Shown here one piece after another: positions 57,879 to 64,000 of a stretch of DNA of 64,000 nt. The DNA is from an uncultured Sangeribacter sp. GTDB lineage: Bacteria > Bacteroidota > Bacteroidia > Bacteroidales > Muribaculaceae. Position 1 is the stretch's first letter. Each line of letters begins with the position of its first letter. The position numbers and the translations under genes were made by a program. Below the pieces are notes generated by a model. It saw only the letters and a list, made by a program, of their open reading frames with translations. It was not told the origin of the DNA and did no database searches. Location of the stretch: assembly GCA_964513775.1 (NCBI GenBank), contig CAZEOI010000006.1:2175-66174 (forward strand), read 5' to 3'.

Positions 57879-58892
57879 TCAGAGGTTTTTGTCGCCGATG
57901 GCCTGGTTGCAGGTCACGATGATGGTGTTTACGATATCTTCCACGGTTGCGCCGCGTGAGAGATCGTTTACCGGGGCTGCCAGACCCTGGAGAATCGGAC
58001 CCACCGCACCGGCGCCTGAGATGCGCTGCACAAGCTTGTAGCCGATGTTGCCGGCTTCAAGAGAGGGGAAGATGAGGGTGTTGGCATGGCCGGCCACTTC
58101 GCTGTCGGGTGCTTTCAGCTTACCTACGGAGGGCACTATGGCGGCATCGCTCTGGAGCTCGCCGTCGATCTTCAGGTCGGGGGCAAGTGACTTGGCTATC
58201 TCTGTAGCCTCTCTTACTTTGTCCACTCTCTCGTGGCTTGCGGAACCCTTGGTTGAGAAGCTGAGAAGAGCCACAACCGGATCAAGACCTGCGATATCCT
58301 TGGTGGTCTTGGCAGTGGCGATGGCAATCTGTGCGAGCTCCTCCTTAGTGGGATCGGGCACTACTGCGCAGTCTGCAAACACGAGCATACCGTTGTCGCC
58401 GAAGGGGCAGCCCTCGGGGAGCAGCATGATGAAGGCACCGCTCACCACAGATATACCCGGTTTGGTCTTCAGCACCTGGAAAGCTGCGCGAAGCACACTT
58501 GATGTGGGGCTGAGCGCTCCGGCCACCATGGCATCGGCGTCGCCGTTCTTGATCATGAGGCATCCGAGGTAGAGTGGATTCTTCACTGTGTAGCGGGCGT
58601 CCTGGAGAGTCACTCCCTTCTTCTTGCGGAGCTCGCAGAAGAGTTCTGCATATTTGTCAGTGAAAGAGGTGTCGTCGCAATCATGAAACTCCGCTTCTGC
58701 TATATGGGTGAGGCCGAGGCCGGATGCCACATTCAGAATCTCATCTTTCTTGCCGAGGAAAACGATATGCGCCGCTTTCTTGGCAATTATCTCGTCGGCC
58801 GCCTGGAGAGTGCGGGGCTCTGTTGATTCAGGAAGCACGAGGCGCTGGGGATGTTCCTGTGCTTTTTTTGTAAGCCGTTCAAATAAGGTCAT
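57879..58892 (-). CDS. pta: Phosphate acetyltransferase
   Basis: FADCAV, LSFSTKGS, DGELQ.DAA, GNIGYK, NDLSRG. Confidence 0.97.
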   Translation of the reverse strand: MTLFERLTKKAQEHPQRLVLPESTEPRTLQAADEIIAKKAAHIVFLGKKDEILNVASGLGLTHIAEAEFHDCDDTSFTDKYAELFCELRKKKGVTLQDARYTVKNPLYLGCLMIKNGDADAMVAGALSPTSSVLRAAFQVLKTKPGISVVSGAFIMLLPEGCPFGDNGMLVFADCAVVPDPTKEELAQIAIATAKTTKDIAGLDPVVALLSFSTKGSASHERVDKVREATEIAKSLAPDLKIDGELQSDAAIVPSVGKLKAPDSEVAGHANTLIFPSLEAGNIGYKLVQRISGAGAVGPILQGLAAPVNDLSRGATVEDIVNTIIVTCNQAIGDKNL

Positions 58893-59152
58893 GACTATAT
58901 GGGGTATTTATAGGTTTAGGTAAGCGGATGTGGTTGATCACTGTTTCCGCCTCGTTTATGAAAGTGATATGTCGGCGTGTATGGGCGGCTCGCGGGAGCC
59001 GTAGAGCCTCGTCGGCATGTGTAGATGCAAAGTTAATAAAAACATTTTGAAAGGAGATAGAGGAAAGCTCCATTTTTTTTTGTAATTTTACACTTTCAAT
59101 CAATCCTCTCCGTTGGAATAGTAATTGTTTCCTGTCGGACCATTAGTTAGAG

Positions 59153-61087
59153 ATGAGAATTGTAAAGCGATTATATCTTTTTATTTTACAAAGTTTTCTG
59201 CCTCTGTTCGCGATGACGTTTTTCATCGTGCTCTTCATCGTGCTCATGCAGTTTTTGTGGAAAAATATCGACGATCTTGTCGGTAAGGGCCTTGAGCTCT
59301 CGGTGCTGGCCGAGCTTTTCTTCTATGCCGCCCTCAGTCTCGTGCCTCTCGCGCTCCCTCTTGCCATCCTGCTTGCGAGCCTTATGACGTTTGGCAATCT
59401 TGGTGAGAAATTCGAGCTTACTGCCATGAAGGCGTCGGGAGTGTCGCTTCTGAAGGCGATGAGTCCGCTTATAGTTTTCATCTCGATGATTTCCGTAGGG
59501 GCTTTTTTCTTCCAGAATGATGTGTTGCCCCATGCGCAGGTGAAGATGTACACGCTCCTGTTTTCGGCTCGCCAGAAGTCTCCGGAGCTTGAGATTCCGG
59601 AGGGTGTGTTTTATGGCAATATCCCCGGCTATAATCTCTTTGTCAAGGAGAAGAACCGCGAGACAGGTATGCTGCATCAGCTTATGATTTATGATGTGAG
59701 CCATGGTGGCGACAACTCCACAATCCTTCTGGCTGATTCCGGACGCCTTGCCTTCACCCCCGATATGCGCTATCTCTATCTTCACCTTTGGGATGGTCAG
59801 CAGTTTGAGAATCTGCGTGAGCAGAAGAGTATGGATCGTAATGTGCCGTTCAGACGTGAGGAATTTGCCGAGAAAGAGGTACTCATACCTTTTGACGCTA
59901 ACTTCAACCGCCTTGACGAATCGGGGATGAGGAGCCAATACGTGGGTAAAAACATGAAGCAGCTCAACCATTCGATTGATTCGATCAGTGCCAGACTCGA
60001 CTCCACCGGTGCAGTCTTTGGCGCCGATTTGAAGCGGATGGCGTTCCCGGTGTTTGGCGATCGTATGCTTCCTCAGCCGATTGATGAGGAGGGGAAGCCT
60101 GAGAAAGTGGAGAAGACAATTGATGCCAAGGCCGACACCGCGGTGATCAAGCCGGTGGATATCGACACTCTTCTCACGGCTCTCTCTCCCGATGTCAGGT
60201 CAAGTATATTCAGTCAGGCGCAATCGCTGGCGTCGCAGCAGATGTCGGAGATGCAGTTCAAGGCGATGTCAGTACACGACGACAAGCGGATCATGCGGCG
60301 CCATGAGATAGAGCTTCTGAAGAAATTCACCCTCTCTGTGGCATGCCTTGTGTTCTTCTTCATTGGTGCTCCTTTGGGTGCGATCATACGAAAAGGTGGT
60401 CTTGGCACGCCGCTCGTGATCTCTGTGCTTCTCTTCCTTTTTTACTATATTATCGACAATACTGGCTACAAGATGGCGCGCGATGGCCGCTGGATAGTGT
60501 GGTGTGGCATATGGCTGTCGACATTTATACTTGCTCCTCTCGGCATATATTTCACCTACAAGGCTATGAACGACTCTGCCGTGTTTGATGCCGACCGCTA
60601 CAAAGCCTTCTTCCGTAAGCTTATTGGCCGAAAACCGGATAGAAAAGTCAACTATAAGGAAGTTATCATCAACGATATCAACGTTGATGAGGCTGTGGCA
60701 CGCCTATCGGCTCTCAAGGAGATGGCTTTGGAGTTTGTCGACAGGTATCAGAATAGACAGGGCTATTCCACTTATTGGTCCAAAGGTTACGATGGCGATG
60801 CAGTGGTTTCCATCAGCGAGACGCTTGAAAGTGACATAGATTATATGACCGACTGTCGCGATCCTCTTGCTGTAAACAAGCTGATGGACTATCCTGTGCT
60901 CCGTGATCTGTGGATCTATCATCCGGGCAGGGTGAGGTGGTTCGGTGTATTCGCACGTTGGTTTGCTTTGATTGGTTATCCGCTGTATCTTTATGGCCTT
61001 CACGCTCAGAAGGGTCTCAAGGAGGAGATGCGGCGCATAGCCTCCGTGAGCGCAGCAATTATCGACCTCCTTGAGAAGGAGGATTGA
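59153..61087 (+). CDS. LptF/LptG family permease
   Basis: LALPLAILLASLMTFGNLGEKFELTAMKASG, IGAPLGAIIRKGG. Confidence 0.92.
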   Translation: MRIVKRLYLFILQSFLPLFAMTFFIVLFIVLMQFLWKNIDDLVGKGLELSVLAELFFYAALSLVPLALPLAILLASLMTFGNLGEKFELTAMKASGVSLLKAMSPLIVFISMISVGAFFFQNDVLPHAQVKMYTLLFSARQKSPELEIPEGVFYGNIPGYNLFVKEKNRETGMLHQLMIYDVSHGGDNSTILLADSGRLAFTPDMRYLYLHLWDGQQFENLREQKSMDRNVPFRREEFAEKEVLIPFDANFNRLDESGMRSQYVGKNMKQLNHSIDSISARLDSTGAVFGADLKRMAFPVFGDRMLPQPIDEEGKPEKVEKTIDAKADTAVIKPVDIDTLLTALSPDVRSSIFSQAQSLASQQMSEMQFKAMSVHDDKRIMRRHEIELLKKFTLSVACLVFFFIGAPLGAIIRKGGLGTPLVISVLLFLFYYIIDNTGYKMARDGRWIVWCGIWLSTFILAPLGIYFTYKAMNDSAVFDADRYKAFFRKLIGRKPDRKVNYKEVIINDINVDEAVARLSALKEMALEFVDRYQNRQGYSTYWSKGYDGDAVVSISETLESDIDYMTDCRDPLAVNKLMDYPVLRDLWIYHPGRVRWFGVFARWFALIGYPLYLYGLHAQKGLKEEMRRIASVSAAIIDLLEKED

Positions 61088-61149
61088 TTGTAGCCTGCCG
61101 ATGCAGCAGTTTTATAATCTGTAAACAACAAATTAATACTTGAAAAAAT

Positions 61150-61548
61150 ATGAAAAAATCAGATACGATTGCTCTTTATAGAGATGCTTATCTTGAGGGA
61201 CGTGATGAAGTCGACCGCCGCGCTTTCTATGAGAAAGATGAAGCACGGCAGTATGCGGCCATCATGAGCTGGCGCCGTCGTCAGGAGCAGGCCGCCACTG
61301 ATCGTGAAGCTTCCCCTTCAGGTGTCTACGACTTGATTAAGAAAGCCCGTAAGGTGCTCCTTGCATTGAATGAGTTGGCACCCAAGGAGAAGGAGCGTCT
61401 CTCTATCGCGGCTAATGAACTTAAGAATGATATAGATAATTTCGATATCATCCTCAAGGGACGTCGGCTTCGTGAGCTTCGTAGCCAGAGAGATTCCCTC
61501 GCCAAGGAGATTGAGATGCTTGAGAGTGAAGGAATCCTGGAATGTTGA
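61150..61548 (+). CDS. Hypothetical helical protein
   Basis: 132-aa ORF with AT-rich leader; coiled-coil-like C-terminus. Confidence 0.65.
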   Translation: MKKSDTIALYRDAYLEGRDEVDRRAFYEKDEARQYAAIMSWRRRQEQAATDREASPSGVYDLIKKARKVLLALNELAPKEKERLSIAANELKNDIDNFDIILKGRRLRELRSQRDSLAKEIEMLESEGILEC

Positions 61549-61678
61549 TTTAGTGTTAACTTTTGTTAAATTGAGACTTATTGCAGAACTATTTCTACTC
61601 TGGACGTGTTTTAACGTCAGAAAGAAGATAGATTTTTGTTCATTAAGTTTAAGTTTTAACAACATCTTGATGTTGTAG

Positions 61679-61712
61679 ACAAAACGGCCTCTCGTGAGAG
61701 AGGCCGTTTTGT
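61679..61712. terminator. Intrinsic terminator hairpin
   Basis: ACAAAACGGCCTCTC-GTGA-GAGAGGCCGTTTTGT. Confidence 0.8.
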
Positions 61713-61760
61713 GTATGACGGTTGCATATTCAGTGGTTGGCATAATTCGGATTTTTTTTG

Positions 61761-61884
61761 TAATTTTGCAGAAGATAAACAACTTCGATAAGTGGATGGT
61801 GGCAGCTCCCCTTATCTGAAGAAAGGTCGTTATTGATCTCTCACATTTTCAACAGAAGCTGAAGCTTCAATTAAACGTTTTACT
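61761..61884 (+). promoter_or_regulatory. -7 promoter element plus structured 5' leader of the que operon (candidate riboswitch)
   Basis: TAATTTTG at 61761; stem 61783-61821 and possible pseudoknot with 61826-61832. Confidence 0.5.
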
Positions 61885-62358
61885 ATGAGAAAAGAATCAG
61901 AACTTGAAGGAGTGACGTTGCTCGGCTGCCAGGGTGTGGCCTATCCTACGGACTATGCTCCGCAGTTGCTCGAGACATTTGAGAACAAACATCCGGAAAA
62001 CGAGTATGTGGTTACATTCGATTGTCCGGAATTCACCACACTCTGCCCGAAGACCGGACAGCCCGATTTCGGCCATATTATAATCTCCTACATCCCGCGT
62101 GAGCGTATGGTGGAGAGCAAGAGCCTAAAGCTTTATCTCTTCAGCTTCCGTAATCACGGCGATTTCCATGAGGATTGTGTCAATATCATCATGAAGGATC
62201 TATGGAAACTTATGGATCCGAAATATATCGAGGTGAAGGGATTGTTCATGCCTCGTGGGGGAATTTCAATTTATCCATTTGCCAATATGGGTGATGCTGA
62301 CCATCAGGATTTATGTCGCCGTCGCAGGGAGGCTGCCCTTGATATGAAGAAAGATTGA
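61885..62358 (+). CDS. queF: PreQ0 reductase (type I)
   Basis: [36 protein letters not shown]. Confidence 0.97.
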   Translation: MRKESELEGVTLLGCQGVAYPTDYAPQLLETFENKHPENEYVVTFDCPEFTTLCPKTGQPDFGHIIISYIPRERMVESKSLKLYLFSFRNHGDFHEDCVNIIMKDLWKLMDPKYIEVKGLFMPRGGISIYPFANMGDADHQDLCRRRREAALDMKKD

Positions 62359-62359
62359 T

Positions 62360-63016
62360 ATGGCTAAGGATTCAATAATCATACTGTCGGGAGGGATGGA
62401 CAGCGTCACTCTCCTACATTACCGAAAAGAGAATATCGCTCTTGCCGTCAGTTTCGACTATGGGTCAAATCATAATGCCCGTGAAATCGAATGTGCCAGT
62501 AAGCAATGTGCGCTTTTAGGGATTGAGCATCTTGTGATACCCCTTGATTTTATGGGTCGATATTTCAAGAGTTCTCTTCTCGAAGGTGCCGATTCTATAC
62601 CGGAGGGACATTACGCCGATGAGAATATGAAGTCAACGGTGGTGCCGTTCCGTAATGGTATTATGCTTTCGATAGCCTGTGGACTTGCCGAGTCTCGTGG
62701 TCTGCGCCATGTGATGATGGCGAATCATGGAGGCGACCATGCCATATATCCCGATTGTCGTCCGGAATTTGTTGCGGCCATGAGCGATGCCATGAAGTTC
62801 GGCACTTATGACGGAATTACTATCGAGGCTGCCTTCACCGATATTTCCAAGTCCGACATTGCCCGGATCGGGAAAGAGTTGGGAGTGGATTATTCCCTCA
62901 CTTATTCCTGCTACAAGGGTGGTGAGAAGCATTGTGGAAAGTGTGGCACTTGCGTAGAGCGTCGTGAGGCTATGGCCGAGGCCGGAATTGATGATCCGAC
63001 TGTTTACGAAGATTGA
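62360..63016 (+). CDS. queC: 7-cyano-7-deazaguanine synthase
   Basis: SGGMDS, VPFRN, YPDCRPEF, TYSCY...CGKCGTC. Confidence 0.97.
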   Translation: MAKDSIIILSGGMDSVTLLHYRKENIALAVSFDYGSNHNAREIECASKQCALLGIEHLVIPLDFMGRYFKSSLLEGADSIPEGHYADENMKSTVVPFRNGIMLSIACGLAESRGLRHVMMANHGGDHAIYPDCRPEFVAAMSDAMKFGTYDGITIEAAFTDISKSDIARIGKELGVDYSLTYSCYKGGEKHCGKCGTCVERREAMAEAGIDDPTVYED

Positions 63017-63044
63017 TTTTTAAGTTCGGAAAGGAGAATAATTT

Positions 63045-63377
63045 ATGTATTACGTCAAGAAAAGATTTGAGATAAGCGCGGCTCACCGTCTTGAATTGAG
63101 CTACCCCAGCAAATGCAGCCGGCTTCATGGCCACAATTGGATTGTCACCGTAGAGTGTAAGGCAAGAGAGCTTAATCAAGACGGAATGGTCGTGGATTTC
63201 ACACATATTAAGGAATTGGTGATGGATCGTCTCGATCATGCTGTCATCAATGATGTCATTCCCTTCAATCCCACTGCCGAGAACATGGCTCGTTGGATTG
63301 TAGACAACGTCCCTAACTGCTTCCGTTGCGAGGTGCAGGAGAGCGAGGGAAACACTGCAATCTATGAGAAAGATTGA
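63045..63377 (+). CDS. queD: 6-carboxy-5,6,7,8-tetrahydropterin synthase
   Basis: SAAH, C.RLHGHN, VVDF, LDH, NPTAEN. Confidence 0.95.
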   Translation: MYYVKKRFEISAAHRLELSYPSKCSRLHGHNWIVTVECKARELNQDGMVVDFTHIKELVMDRLDHAVINDVIPFNPTAENMARWIVDNVPNCFRCEVQESEGNTAIYEKD

Positions 63378-63444
63378 TTGATCGTTTTGCTTGTGAATTT
63401 AATGAAGTGAGATGAGAAAGATCCTTGGAAATTTTATGAAGTAA

Positions 63445-64000
63445 ATGAGAAAGATTAACGAGATATTCTATTCTTTACAGGGGGAGGGCGCCCACACCGG
63501 GTGTCCTTCTGTGTTTATACGCTTTTCGGGTTGCAACAAACGTTGTTCCTTCTGCGACACAAAACATGAGGAGGGCCAGCTGATGACCGACGAAGATATA
63601 ATAACGGAAGTAAACAAGTATCCGGCACGATGGATAATACTCACAGGTGGTGAGCCGACGATGTGGATTGACCCGGATTTCGTGCGTCGGCTCAAGGCAG
63701 CCACCGGAAAGAGTGTGGCTATAGAGACCAATGGCTCATTGCCGGTGCCGGAGGAGATTGATTGGGTCACGGTGTCGCCTAAGTGTGGAATGGCCGGTGC
63801 GGGAGATTATGAGATAAAGGCAGCGCGTGCCGATGAACTGAAAGTGGTGGATGTAGATCAGGATTTGGAGCCATATTTCAGTTATCCATGTGTGTCTGCG
63901 GCTACCCGTTTCTACCTTCAACCCTGTTTCGTTCCCGACCCGGCTGATAACTCTCGCAACGTTCGTCGCGCCATTGACCGTGTGCTCACCGACCCCCGCT
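63445..64000 (+). CDS. queE: 7-carboxy-7-deazaguanine synthase, radical SAM (partial, runs off the window)
   Basis: Translated by hand (not in the ORF track): MRKINEIFYSLQGEG..TG.PSVFIRFSGCNKRCSFCDT, LTGGEP, IETNGS, VTVSPK. Confidence 0.95.
   Translation, partial: MRKINEIFYSLQGEGAHTGCPSVFIRFSGCNKRCSFCDTKHEEGQLMTDEDIITEVNKYPARWIILTGGEPTMWIDPDFVRRLKAATGKSVAIETNGSLPVPEEIDWVTVSPKCGMAGAGDYEIKAARADELKVVDVDQDLEPYFSYPCVSAATRFYLQPCFVPDPADNSRNVRRAIDRVLTDPR

Noticed and set aside
61885..64000. que genes as a 7-deazaguanine DNA modification (dpd) system
   Set aside because: queF is present and no dpdA/tgt-like gene is in the window; this is the ordinary tRNA queuosine precursor pathway.

Overview
A Bacteroidales chromosomal segment. 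The evidence is TAnnTTTG promoters, SusC/SusD and the type IX secretion genes porU and porV; a Muribaculaceae-like origin is only an inference. Most of it is housekeeping: isoprenoid genes (polyprenyl synthase, ispE, ispF), two CPA2 antiporters, dacB, rsmI, rsmD, ribBA, ansA, grpE-dnaJ, a UvrD helicase, rex, sufC-D-S, lgt, pta-ackA, an LptF/G permease and queF-C-D-E. It also has a C10 cysteine protease, an S9 peptidase, a secreted bile salt hydrolase/penicillin V acylase and a three-gene neuD-neuB-neuC nonulosonic acid cluster. There are two accessory patches. One lies downstream of tRNA-Ser(GGA) (SusC/SusD/thioredoxin, an orphan MNT antitoxin with a HEPN remnant). The other is at ~41.3-44.7 kb (truncated gene, two paralogous AT-rich membrane proteins, AAA-DUF4143 ATPase). 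The most notable signals are: (1) a structured, possibly pseudoknotted leader upstream of queF that is a candidate non-canonical preQ1/preQ0 riboswitch; (2) two MITE-like families, one with 3-bp target duplications and collapsed 17-bp footprints; (3) two apparent pseudoenzymes; (4) a suf operon lacking sufB; (5) a perfect 54-bp palindrome. No CRISPR array, transposase or integrase was seen. All family calls come from motif recognition, not database searches.
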